A stretch of DNA of 64,000 nt from Chlorokybus atmophyticus. Taxonomy: Eukaryota > Plantae > Mesostigma and Chlorokybus algae. A program made the translations under genes and the position numbers. Below the pieces are notes generated by a model. That model had not been told where the DNA came from. It was given only the letters and a program-made list of their open reading frames with translations, and searched no databases. Positions 36,799 to 48,953 of the stretch are shown here, in pieces; the stretch's first letter is position 1, and each line of letters begins with the position of its first letter. Location of the stretch: positions 744,001 through 808,000 of the forward strand of contig RHPI01000810.1 of NCBI GenBank assembly GCA_009103225.1. The letters are read 5' to 3'.

Positions 36799-39700
36799 AT
36801 GGCTTCGTACGAATGGACGCCCGCCATACCCGGCTTGGGGATGGCAACCGGCCACCTCAGCATCACAGGTAAGGTGTGCATACCCGAGCCGCATGTAGTG
36901 AATTGGACTATCTTCTTTCTTCTGTAATGCTTAGCTTGCAGCCACTTTATCTCTGACCTGGTGTTTTGCTGTTGCATTGCAGTGGTTTCCGCCGAAGGCC
37001 TCGTAGAGAAGAAGATGCGCCCAGGTGAGGTCCTGGAGTCTGCGTTCTTGTCATCAGCATGCAGTTTACAACACGCTTGCAAGTTTGTATCGTGTCCTTA
37101 GATAAGCCATTTCATGCACGCAACCCTTGGCTGGGTAGAAGATGCATGGGCTGCAAGTTATCATATACATCAAGCCATGCATATACGCAAAGTCCGAATG
37201 CGTACGTGGCAACACAATGGAACTTGAGCGTTTGCATGCTGATGTGTAGTGTAATCACTGCAGGCAAGGCGCGAGCGTGGGCTGTGGTGCAAGTGGGTCT
37301 GCAGCGTGTTAGGACGCACGAGCAATCAATGCGCAGCAACACGCAGGTTTTGTGGAACGAGCGATTCGAGATGTACGGCTTGCCAGACATTTGCTTGGAA
37401 GCTTCCATCAACATCTTTGCGAGTGCTTCGTTTATGACTTACGTGGTCGGGTACTGCAGGTATTGAGCTGCGTGTTGATGATAGTCAGTGGTTGTGTCTG
37501 AAGGATGCTTTGCTCACAAATAGTCATCTTGGCGTCTACACAGCATCTCTCTCGACGAAGTGCGGCAAGTTGGTCTGGTCCAAAGGTCCTATGCTGTTGT
37601 ACGCAAAGCAAAGCCTGCAGGCTCGCTCATTGTAAGACTCGAGTTTCAACCAGTGCTGGTAAGTGACTGCTGATTGGGGTTGATTGTCAATCCATTCTTG
37701 ATTCTTATGGCTGAGCCTAACATGGGTTGACTGTGTCATACAGTCAACCTATGTTGGCTGAGGACTCACCCCAAACCTTATGCAGGGACATCGTCCAAGC
37801 GCTCCCCCAATGCCAGCAACGGGCTTACCCGTTTTTCAGATGGCATATCCAGTACCTGGCGCCAACAATCAGTACCTGCATCAGCCTCCGGTTGTCAGCA
37901 CAGGGTTTCCAGTTTTCAACCCTCATGCGCAGCAAGCGGCGGCTGACAATGAAGCTACCGTCAGCCACGATGATGGCACGCTTCCTGCAGAGATGCCATC
38001 AAGAAGTGGTGATGCTAGCAACGCGCAGGACTTAGAGGTGAGCTTGCATTGCTGCAGACTCTTCACGCATGTGCACATACAGGGTGAATGAGTGAATGCC
38101 GTTTGCATGCTGTTTTGACATGGTTAGCTATACATGATATGGGTGCTTGTGATACATGTCCGCTTGTTGATGAGCCATCACAACTGCATTTCCTGTTGTT
38201 GCTAGACTGGTGCAAGCGGGGATGCCAAAGATGCGTCAAGCCTCACGCAAGAGCAGCGGCAAGCTATGCTCAATGCACTCGCCGCACAAGCATCCCGCAG
38301 ATTTGCCAACAGGCGGAGTTTTAACACCCGTCGTCCCCCCGATCCTTTTCCCGCTTGCGCAGCTACCCCTTTCTTTGCCAGGTCGCTGACTGAGCGACCG
38401 GTGCGGCATTCCATTTTTGAAGTTTGATGTTAGTTACATTACAGTATACAGGATGTGTGTGTGATTGTGTTTGTACAGTGTAGGGGAGTCTGGGTGCTGG
38501 CTCTGGTGTAATCCGGGTGTTGGCTCTGGTGTGTCAGCATGTAAGTTGGTTTTCACGCATAGACGAAACAGGTACCTCTTTGCTGTTTTGGTGGTGCATA
38601 GCGCAGCCTGGTCCTGTTATGTATTGCATAACATGCACAGATAGACGCCTTGGTTGCATTGCTTTGCAGTGGGTAACGCTGTCTCTTTACGTCAAAAATC
38701 GCTGAGAAGTGCGACACAGGTGGTTCGCTCTGATGGACATATGGCAGTGTGTGGAGTCATACAATTCCAACCTTGTGCCAAGATGGTTTCTCTACTGTAC
38801 CAACTCGCTTTCTCGTGCCCTGCTTTGGAGACAAGTGCATACGCGGGTACGAAAACACTATTGCTATAAGTACACATGTACGTGAACATGCCATCCCTTG
38901 TGCCAGCAAGCCAGTGTGCGAGTACGCGTGCAAGAATGCGTGTGTGCACACAGACACAGACAAAAGAATGCACATTTGGATGCATTGCAACGACATAAGA
39001 AGACGGAACTGCGCGAGAGTTAATAGCAGTAGGATGGCATGGGCTTTGCTACCACGTACCCAGGAGATCACACTTGTATTTGTCGTTTGATGCGCTACAC
39101 ATTGAAAACCGAAAAGGTGTTCATGTACACGTTTTTGGTTTGGCAGTCTCTTGGGTACAGTGGTAGTCGTTTGGCTTGTATGGCAACCTCTATTTTACTC
39201 CTATGGCAATACAATTGTAACCACTTGTACAATATACCCAAAGTGCAGTGCTGGTGCGCATGTACTCAACATACTGTGCATCTGCAGCTACAGGTTTGTG
39301 AAGGAAGAGGTGTCAGTGGAACCAACCAACTATGCAAGCACCAGCAGCGCATGTAATGCCATCAGATCCAATGCGCATAGACGACTGCTCATGGAGTGAG
39401 CAATCCTCTATGCGCTGCATGCTTGCAAGCTGGTACGTTGTATAGATGTGTAGACCTGTGGTTACACTACCATGGAGCAAGCATGCATCTCCTTTGTAGG
39501 AGTGTGATACGTATCATGAATGCGCGCTTGCTGTATAAGTGATGAGAGAGAGAGATTGAGAGTGTATGTACATCAGCAAGCATGCATACTCTGTATATGT
39601 CCTGCATGTTCATCCTGCTGCTAGTGAGTTTGCTTGGTTGCACACACACACGTTCACAGAATTCAGCTTCATACTAGATAGTGACAGTTGCCAGTCGGAC

Positions 39701-39814
39701 ATGGTTATACACCGCCAGACAGAAGTTATGGAGATGGACGCCAAGTACAATGTTGTGAGTGACGACTTGGACAATAATTTGCAAGAGCTGCATAACGACC
39801 CTGTGGGCAGGTGA
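36799..39814 (+). CDS. C2-domain protein with Pro-rich middle and unrecognised C-terminus
   Basis: HLSITVVSAEGL...AWAVVQVGLQRVRT...VLWNERFE and GSLIVRLEF define a C2 domain; downstream exons traced by GT-AG phase only. Confidence 0.65.
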
Positions 39815-39836
39815 ACGCATATGCATGCTTGCATGG

Positions 39837-39893
39837 CTAACGGGGTAGTAGGGGTAGAGTAGTGGGTGAGGCAGTGAATGAACACGGTGGTTA
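39837..39893 (+). other. Copy of dispersed CTAACGGGGTAG motif
   Basis: CTAACGGGGTAG 39837-39848 and CACGGTGGTTA 39883-39893. Confidence 0.5.
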
Positions 39894-40448
39894 ACTTGAC
39901 AACAGTGTGGTTGGTATGCGTTGTGTCTCTGCATACTCCTGACTGTGCATGTCACCATGCATCTACATTGCCGTTTCGTATGCTTTGTATATAGTAGTAG
40001 CATTTGGTTGTTATAATATCCCTGTAGCTAGTTCGCTGCTGGAAGAGTGCGGTGCATACAGTTGTATCTGATCATGTGAGAAGTGAGGGTTTGGTGCAAT
40101 GGATTAACAATTTCAGTTCACAGCCTTGGAGCTGGCCCACTGCAGGATGATGCAAGCAACAGTGCAACTGATAATACCAGTGTATGTGCTCTGAAGAAAT
40201 ATTGTGCAATACAAGCAGATGTGCATACGTGAAAGAGCGTGGATGAAGGTATATACTCCATGTTGGAATAGGATTCATCACAGCCATACAAACAAGATCA
40301 CAGCGAGATGTATGGCAACAGAGATGATTTTATTTCTCGTTGCACAGTAGCAAAAGCAGCAGCTAGAATTGTATATCTACAGCTAGTATCTACAATCGAC
40401 CAAATAATCTGAGGTCTACCATTTGCGGAAGTCCTAACACTATGCAGC

Positions 40449-42253
40449 TCAACCCTGCATCATTTTGCTCAAGGTCTCGAACAGCGCCAGGAAGATACAT
40501 GCGCCAGGGGCAAAGTATGCAGCACGAATGTTGGCACCGGTGAAGAAACCAGCTGGACCCTCCTTCAACATAATCTCATCCACAGCAGACTTGAACATAC
40601 CCATGCCGAGGTACTCGGGCTTCTGCTGGCCAACCTTGGGAACATCATCAGTGAAGGCGTTCTGTACATCTTCAAGTGTGGGGAAGGAAGGTAGCTCAAA
40701 GGCGGGGAAGGTAGGCTCCTGCAGGTCCACAACAGTGGCAGAAGCGAAGGCGAGGACAGGCTCAATGGCAGGGGGCACTTCCACCAACTCCTGAGAGGCG
40801 TAGTGCAGCTCAACCTTCATCTCCTGAGCGCAGGATTCCTCCACAGGTGCAGGAGCCTCCTTGGTAGCTTCAGTCATGACGCGGGTTGTGAGAACATCCA
40901 CAGGGGTGGTGATGAAGGCAGCAGCAGCGCCAGCCAAGGCTCCCTCAATCATATGCTGGGCGAACACAGGCACGTGCAGGAAGGTGAGAAGCGTGAAGGC
41001 GGACTTGATCTGCTCGAAGAACACCAGCTGAAGAGCACCAAATGGCATATCGCGGAAGAGGACAGCTGCCCATGACAGCATGAGGGTGTTGAGGGCACTT
41101 TCTGAAGCCATGATCTTCTTAAAAGCGTCACCGCCATTGGCAGCAGCACCTGTCTGGATCTGCTTGTTCAGGAGCTCCAGGGGGACACGGATGAATGAGC
41201 CCGTAGCATCTCCAAGGGCGCCAGCTATAAGCACCACCATAGTCACCATCAATGGGCTGGTGTTGTCGACGAACGGCAGACCCAACATGAAGTGCTTGAT
41301 AGCTTCATAGGCAGCGATGTAGATGGCAGCATTTGGACACTCCTTGCCAATGCCGTAGATGAGACCCTTGTACAAACCCCCAAAACCCTCCTCTGGCATT
41401 GCAGGCTTGCCAGACTGCAGCCTTGTTTTCACCACCTCCGCTGGGTAGATCGCAAGAGTGGACACACATGCAGCAATGAAACCAGCCAGTAGATCAGGGC
41501 CCAAATGTCGGCTAGATGCTGCCTGGGCTTCAAGGCTTGGAAGCTTGGAGGTGCGACCATACGACCCAGCATGGAAGAGGCTCTTGGTGTTGCCACCGCG
41601 TGTGTTTGGGAAGTACAAGGAAGGGTTGTGGAAAGCTTCGAGTGTAGCAGATTTGGATGCAGCTGACATACTGGCTTGCGCCTGGAACACTGGAACAGAC
41701 ACGGCCAAAGCAGTGGCAGCTGCAAGCACTACCGCCTTCTTGGCCAATCCTCGCCATGCGGGCTGGGGCTTGTCCTCTGAGGAGGTTGATGGATCACCAC
41801 CAGATGACACCTGACCACGCTCGCGCTCTGGCTCAGCGGATGCTACCACCGCTCGCCGGTGCAGGCAGGCTGATCGCTCCACACGTGGTGTGCATGCCGC
41901 CCTTAGAGCATTATCCCCCTTGCTTGCAAACTTGACAGCAGTGCGAAGGCTAGGTGTGCGAGTCTGCACAAGTTGGCAAGAAGTTTAGCAGACTGCGGTT
42001 GTATGCACTACGACAGCAAGCTCTCAAGTGCACTCACGCAGGCAAGACACACCATCAGATCTGACACGACAATGCACTCATACGGCAATGAAACGGCAGT
42101 TGCATGTACAAGGAAAAGGTTCTGGCTTGCGGCTGTGCTAGTACTCACCAGTGAGGCACGGGGAGTGCTGGCTGGAGACTGCTCAACAGCGGAGAGAGTG
42201 CGCAACGGCCGAAGGTGCACCGCCGCCGGTGACAAAGTTGCAGCCATCTCCAA
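40449..42253 (-). CDS. Mitochondrial carrier family (SLC25, SAM-carrier-like) protein with a long N-terminal targeting extension
   Basis: Three MCF repeats (YPAEVVKTRLQ, VPLELLNKQIQ, TPVDVLTTRVM), GLYKG and FRDMPFGALQLVFFE; short first exon MEMAATLSPAAVHLRPL from 42253, then one 1.5-kb exon. Confidence 0.88.
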
Positions 42254-42680
42254 GTAAGTAAGGTTGCCTTAGCAGGCGCCAACCGGCTACCAAAGAGTGA
42301 AGTGAAGTGAATACTACTTGCAGCAATGCCCAGACCGATAAGGCAAGCGCTCCACACCACCAGTATCCGCCCGGACTACTTGCGTCCCGAGCTCTGTTGC
42401 TGCCCAAAGCCCAAACCCTCGCCGCCTATGCACTGCCTCAAGAAAGCAAGCTGCAACTGCCACTGTCTGTCTTCCGTCGCTAACAACAACCTTCTTATAC
42501 CACCCACCAAGCTACGCACACCGACGGTATCTCGTAGACAATCAACTACCTCCTCTACTGTCCGCCGCCGCCCGCCGCTCCGACCGCCGTTGCCTAAATC
42601 TTCCCTCTCAGCAACGCCCAAATCCGACCCCAATTCTCACTCACACTTGGCTGGATTACAGCAGCAGCCAAGCGCGTCCC

Positions 42681-44237
42681 TGTTAGCGCGCAGCTGGTTG
42701 GCCCCGCAAGCCTGGCCCCGTAACTCGCACCGCACTCCAGACACGCTCAACTCATTGGGTTTCCACGTGGCGGGACGGGTTATCGGAGACTCGGAGTTCT
42801 CAGCTCTCAGGTACGGTTTACCGACCACATGTTGATGAGTTGGCGCCAAGTGGTGCGGCTGTCACCGGGTTACCGCTGGTGCTGGGTTCGGATACGGTTT
42901 GGCAGTTATGGCTTTGGGTCAGTTACTGTCAAGCCCCGCAGCTCACGCGCTTTATGCCCTGTCAGGCAGGTCCTTCTGACAGAAAGTCGTCTCTCGAAGG
43001 TCGAAGCTCGAGTCATCCTGATCGCTGAAGGCAGGGATCGGACCGTCAGATTGGTCACCACGGTGAGCGTCCCGCAGCCCTGAACTGAAAGTGCAAGTTA
43101 CGTAATTTATGACAAGTTACGTATCAAGGTGTGCTCCGCAAAGCTGCGTAATATGTACGGCTTTTAGTGCCCACTGTACTGCTACATATATTGGTCCGTG
43201 CAGATAGTCTATGTACTTCAGGGGGCTTTGGACCTCGGAGAGATCCATCCATCATAAAGCGCCGCCGACTTTTTGAGGTTAACGCAGAATCAGAAATCCC
43301 AGGAAGTTTGTGACTCCGTCTCACTCGCGCTGCTCATGGTTGGATAATATCGTCACGCCTAAAACTCCTCCTGGGTATGAGGGCTTCTGCCGCGAAGGTG
43401 TGACCTGAGGCTTTCAAAGATGACAGCCCTGCCAAAAGAAATATCTATATATATTTGTTAATAAGATGTGTGGTGCGCAGATCAGTGTGCGCGTGTGAGT
43501 GGCACCGTTGTGATCTGCATTGTGCGTCTCTCCAGAGATCGGTCGAGAGTGCGGGAAACTCCCGCCGGGAATCGTAGCGACAGCGAGATTCTGAGTTGTT
43601 GTGAGGCGATGTCAGAGAGTGCAGCTAGAGACAGATTGTTAATATTCTCCATTGGCATCGGTCTGAAGGCCGTGCATAGCCTAGCGTTCGTAATGTGTTC
43701 CATTGATGAGCACTCAGGTTGCAGCGTTGTCTGGTGTTACGGCGCATTTGCCGTTGAGTGGTTCGATCGGACCGGTTTGGTCGGGCAGCTCAGAGAACTG
43801 CTGACAGATGCGAAGCGCAATGGGCAGCTTCTCCCGACTCCTCTGCGACCCCAGGAGCCAAATCTAGGGTTTCCGGCTGTTACAATAATCAGCGGGTGGG
43901 CTCCTGCAAGCCTCCAGTCCGCAGGACCGACAGTGGACCACTGGTGTCGGTCGCGGCTGGTAGTGGTAACACCACGAATTGGACCGCGCCGGTTTGCCGG
44001 TTCCTCGCATGGCGAGCATGATGAGACTTAATCGGCGCCAGCCGCCAACTACGTCTCATCATTTTCCACAAGATTCGGATACGGTGGTAACCAGCTAAGG
44101 CCCCAAAGTGTGTGACCCGCCAGCTGGCAAGAACGAAGGACCCTGAAGTAGGCCCCAACTAGGCTGGGTACTTCCGCTCAAGCCATTCTCCCGTTCCGGA
44201 AACGCCGAGCTCGTTATTTCCGTCCCGTTAGCTAACA
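42681..44237. mobile_element. Putative solo LTR or non-autonomous insert
   Basis: Ends TGTTAGC...GCTAACA (7-bp inverted, TG...CA); CpG-rich, unlike flanks; TATA-like TATATATA near 43447; no recognisable protein; no matching TSD. Confidence 0.45.
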
Positions 44238-44299
44238 CAGCTTCTCGTTAGCAGTAGGTTGTAAGCATTAAATAATTGCAACGTATCAAAGTTGATTTC

Positions 44300-47200
44300 A
44301 ATGTTGCTAAAGGTATGTCAAGTAACCTTGTTTCTGCATGAAGACGTTCTTTTGAAATTAAAATGAACTTGCATAACACACGCTATTGTGGCTGTATGTA
44401 TGATGTGTTTTATGTTTTACACATGATATATATGTTATGTTTATAAAGCTATACAATGTTTATTCTGTACAAAACTTACAAGCCTTTGTGCGAATGATCA
44501 ACATATAATACGTATATGAAAATCATCTCTACATTGAAAGCATATAGACTTGTTATATAATAGCATTCTTATATTGTGTGACTCTATCTACATTCGTAGG
44601 TTTTTAACAAATGTTAATTTGCAATTGCGATTATTATTACCAAATGCAAAGAGCTTTCAAATCTCGTTACGATTGCATATGTTTCCTTTGCAGGAATATT
44701 ATTTTGAAAGAGACCATTTGTAAATCCACAAAACCTGATTTACCCAGCCTTAATATTATGCACATTGGTTATATGCTGCCTTAACGTATAACTCACCTGC
44801 TCTAAGTCTGAGTGCAGGTTCGACGGACCGTTGCAAGTGCGGCACGATTTGCTTTTTAAGCATAATCTGCAACACATCTAAATTGGCAATGATAATGCTG
44901 CATACGCACAACATGTGCCAAGCTCAACAACACTCTCAAACATGCACATGTAATACGAGAGAGTAATTACTCGTTATGACAGCAACGATTAATGCAATTA
45001 CATAGCGACTTAAATTGCAACCATATGAAAACATGGACAATGTGATATACACCAACTATAAACATGTTACAGCACTGCACCGACACATATCATGTGGAGC
45101 GCAATTGCACAATTTTTCTTTCTGATGTTTACGGCCGCTTGCTTACACCTCTCCCCCAGCTCTGCTTGTGTATAGCAAGCATCTGCATTGTAATGCATAT
45201 AGCCTGGCAGCTTAAGAAAGTGCCGTAATTATGTTGGCAATGATGTATGTTGGTCTAAATGCTTGGCTTGTGTTGTTCAAAGCTGAGTTCAATATATGAA
45301 ACATCGGACGGAATACATGCAAGCCTTCGCAAAGCTGCGAGAGGTACACCCCAACATAAACAAGCATACAATACACAGCAGCGATGCCGGGGTGCTGTTT
45401 GCATCGATTAATATTAATGCATGCTATTGTGAACTCGGTAATAACTCGCTGCTTTTGTCGTCTTATAAGTGAGGGATCGTCCCCCTCGAAAGCAATCATC
45501 ATTATGTTTACATACATGATGATGCCATGTGATGATGAACATACTTCATTAAAAGGTTTGTGTTCTTACAATTGATACAAGGTGTACACGCTGATTGCTG
45601 CGAATTCATGTTTTTCCTTCGGGCCCTTAAATATCATCCGCACCAAGTCATGCTTTCGAGCATCTTCGGTTGTGATGGCATGCTGAATGGCTTGCTCAGC
45701 ATCCTCAATTGGGCAGCCGGACACGGAGCGCAACATACTCTTGTACAATGATCCAAAGGGAAAGAGGCAGAGGAGGGGNNNNNNNNNNNNNNNNNNNNNN
45801 NNNNNNNNNNNNNNNNNNNNNNNNNNNNNNNNNNNNNNNNNGGGGGGGCAAGTGCACGTTGGTGCACTCACCCTGAAGATGAGGAATGGGTCGTAGCAGT
45901 TGAGGGTTAGATTGCCCTCAGCTTCCACATTTCAGATACCTTCATGAAGTTCTTGCACGTTACGTACTGCACAACACGTCAACAAACATGCACTCTAAGT
46001 CAATATAATGTGTCGCTTATAAGATCCAAATTTATGTTAATTTGATCATCATGTTTGCAGCTGTTTTTTAGAGGTATATAGCTTATTATGATGAGCTCCA
46101 AAATTCGTAAATGTCAGCAACATACTTATTATGCAATATGCAGGATTGAGAGTGACAAGTATTTTCACCATTGTTCAACGTTGTACTACGCGCTGGTATA
46201 TTTGCATGTTTAACATTTAATTACGGTCTTTATTGCATATTGTGTTCACGCATTCATCACGTCAAGCAAATCTCGTTAATTAAATTTCGCCCTTAGCAGC
46301 ATAATAGTTGAACTTCATGTGGCTGCGATTCTATTTGCGCGACCATCATCACGATTGCATAATCTCAAGCAAAACAATCAATAAAAAGTGCTGTAAAATG
46401 AAGTTGATCATGTGCCTTGAACTGCCCACCAATGGCGCTTACGATGCATGCATCATGATAATAATTACTTTTTGCACTTTATTTGTGTTTCATTCTACCA
46501 AGTTACAATTTGTGACATGGTAGACGGCCGGCCGATCGTACGAGGCCTGGTTTGTTTCGTGGAACCCTGGTTGCGAATTGCTTTCCGCCATGGTATGGAC
46601 CTGTAAGGTCCATATGTTAGATTCAATATCTTTTGCACGCATGGGCTAGTGCTTCAGATACACATAGACACAAGCTGTTAAAACTTTTTATTATTCAGCA
46701 CTTTTAACATTAGGGATGTAGTTTAATGTATACTTATATGTACAATTAAGTCACCTCTTGGGCACGGGCACTACACATAGACCATATTGATTAAGCCATT
46801 GAGTAAATTGTCCTTTTCTTCTAACCTATTTGACTACTTATGAAAAGTAGTTTCATATGAACTGGATCACCTATGCATGAGATATATCAGGTAGGATAAG
46901 GATTTCATCATTTACAGCTGTATACTTAAGTGTACAGCTATGCAAGTGATGGACGGGAGCATAAGTCATGCGGGCTGAGTTAAACGTCGAGGATGAGGTG
47001 TTGAGTGAGTATATTGGGTGTAATAGTAGTGCTTTCGTATACCCGCATGCACATTAACTCATTGTATGCTAAGAGTTACACTTGTTAACACATACACATG
47101 CGACAGCACGAAACAGATAATGTCAGCATAATGTGCAACAAGCAATGGTAGTAAAGGGCACATACTCTACGCATTGCAGCAACTCAACCAACATCATGCA

Positions 47201-47757
47201 AGGCCATAGCACACTACTTGCAAAGTATTTCAGCCTTTAATAAGCTAGCCATGGCTAGCCTACTTTAAGTAGTATTAGAGGGTAAGTTACCCTCTACCAC
47301 TACCGATTATACTACCACTATCTTCACTATCATCACCACCATTATCGCTTGCTCAAGGGGCGTTGCAGGTGCACAGGCATGCTCATTGTCTTCCTTCTCA
47401 ACCACAGTATCACCCTTATCAACAACCTCAGCTCCGTCTTCCCCTCCCACGCCCTCCCCCCACCATATTTACATGCACAGCATGCAGACTATGCTACCTT
47501 GAATCCGCTATTACATGAGTATGCGGTACATTAACACCCCTTAACAGCTTGGGGTGCATAGCCTACTCAATTGCAATCTCCCACATACTGTACTTCGCCG
47601 TATTGCCGTGCCTGGCCTGCTCTACATCGCCTGCAGCTTGGTGGTAGAGCCGGCCACCTCAAGTCAAGCCAATGCCCATTGCATACTTATCTACTCAGTT
47701 GGCGCGCCCCACCTAGCCTCTATTCCTGCCTCAACACCTCTTTGACCTCCCTGCCAT
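44300..47757 (-). pseudogene. Decayed spliced gene of unknown family (possibly transposon-derived)
   Basis: ATG at 47757 after a GC-rich leader (MAGRSKRC*GRNRG*VGRAN*VDKY...), acidic segment, exons such as NVEAEGNLTLNCYDPFLIFR|GTGAGT and SMLRSVSGCPIEDAEQAIQHAI...; stops consistent with CGA>TGA and CAG>TAG. The lower boundary is approximate. Confidence 0.45.
45779..45841. other. Assembly gap (N run)
   Basis: N bases within a G run. Confidence 0.99.
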
Positions 47758-48028
47758 GCCCCCCGCCACCGCCGCGCCGCCAGGGCCGCCAATCAGCTAG
47801 CGGATCATAAAATCCGCGGCAAATTGCCGTTGCAACTTAAAGTTGGCAGACTGATATTTTCCACATATCAGTTTTAAAAACTCCGGAATTTATTTTCCCG
47901 TATAACTCTCGAAGATACCTATTCAACGATGCACATCCATCCATCGTGGGATAGGTATTTGGGGTCGATAACGCGGGGGCAGCAGCTCACTTTAAAGTAC
48001 GGTACATGTACACTTAACTGTACATGTA

Positions 48029-48953
48029 CCGTATTTACCCCATTAGAGTCCCCCGGTTTTAATACAGCCCCCCCCCCCCCNNNNNNNNNNNNNNNNNNNN
48101 NNNNNNNNNNNNNNNNNNNNNNNNNNNNNNNNNNNNNNNNNNNNNNNNNNNNNNNNNNNNNNNNNNNNNNNNNNNNNNNNNNNNNNNNNNNNNNNNNNNN
48201 NNNNNNNNNNNNNNNNNNNNNNNNNNNNNNNNNNNNNNNNNNNNNNNNNNNNNNNNNNNNNNNNNNNNNNNNNNNNNNNNNNNNNNNNNNNNNNNNNNNN
48301 GGGGGGGGGGGGGGGGGGCGGGGGATTCTGTTAGGGCGGGGGACCATATTCTGTATGTGAGCGTAGCACAGTCGCCGCCCAGATACGTTATCGTTGTCGG
48401 ATGACGTATGTACGCAGATAATTGACCCGCTCCGGTTACTTTATCAACTGTAACCCAACGGCGGCTAAGGCTGCTGCTGGCTGTAATGCCGCCCACATGC
48501 ACTTATACAATGAGTTTATACATAGTATGATGCTGTTTCATCAATGCGATATCCTTCGTAACATGTATACAGAATATCTATAACAAATTGTAATCAAGAT
48601 TCCTGTTGCATAAACTATGTTACAGTGACTCATAAGCAAATGTATTGACCACATATGTGCAAAGTATGATATTAATCAAGCAATTGTCATGTCGTGTATG
48701 TCATGACATCAATACTTTGTTATATATGTTGATGTCATCATGAAATTATTTATCATTAACACATGCATACACAATGGATTATATTATAATGTTGACATAT
48801 GTACGTATCAATGGCACTTTACCTTACATTATTAATACAGTTCCCCTTAAGAGGAACATAAAAATGGAGGGGGGATAACGTCTATACACAGTCCCCCCCT
48901 TTATTTTGCTAAGGGGGACTGTATATGGGGGAATTGTATTGGGGTAAATACGG
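48029..48953. mobile_element. MITE-like element with CCGTA-type (pogo/Tc2-like) TIRs; spans an assembly gap
   Basis: 14-bp perfect TIR CCGTATTTACCCCA (48029-48042) / TGGGGTAAATACGG (48940-48953); TA on the left, TC on the right; internal CAGTCCCCC...GGGGGACTG hairpin near 48888-48921. Confidence 0.65.
48081..48300. other. Assembly gap (N run)
   Basis: N bases between a C run and a G run. Confidence 0.99.

Noticed and set aside
42681-44237. Hammerhead ribozyme or retrozyme in the LTR-like insert
   Set aside because: No CTGATGA...GAAA core found on either strand by eye
44790-44835. tRNA-like GGTTCGA T-loop
   Set aside because: No pairing T-stem or acceptor stem; a cloverleaf cannot be built
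44260-47250. Giant-virus endogenous element as the explanation for the AT-rich blocks
   Set aside because: No NCLDV hallmark gene recognised, and the relics carry spliceosomal introns; left as unidentified pseudogenes
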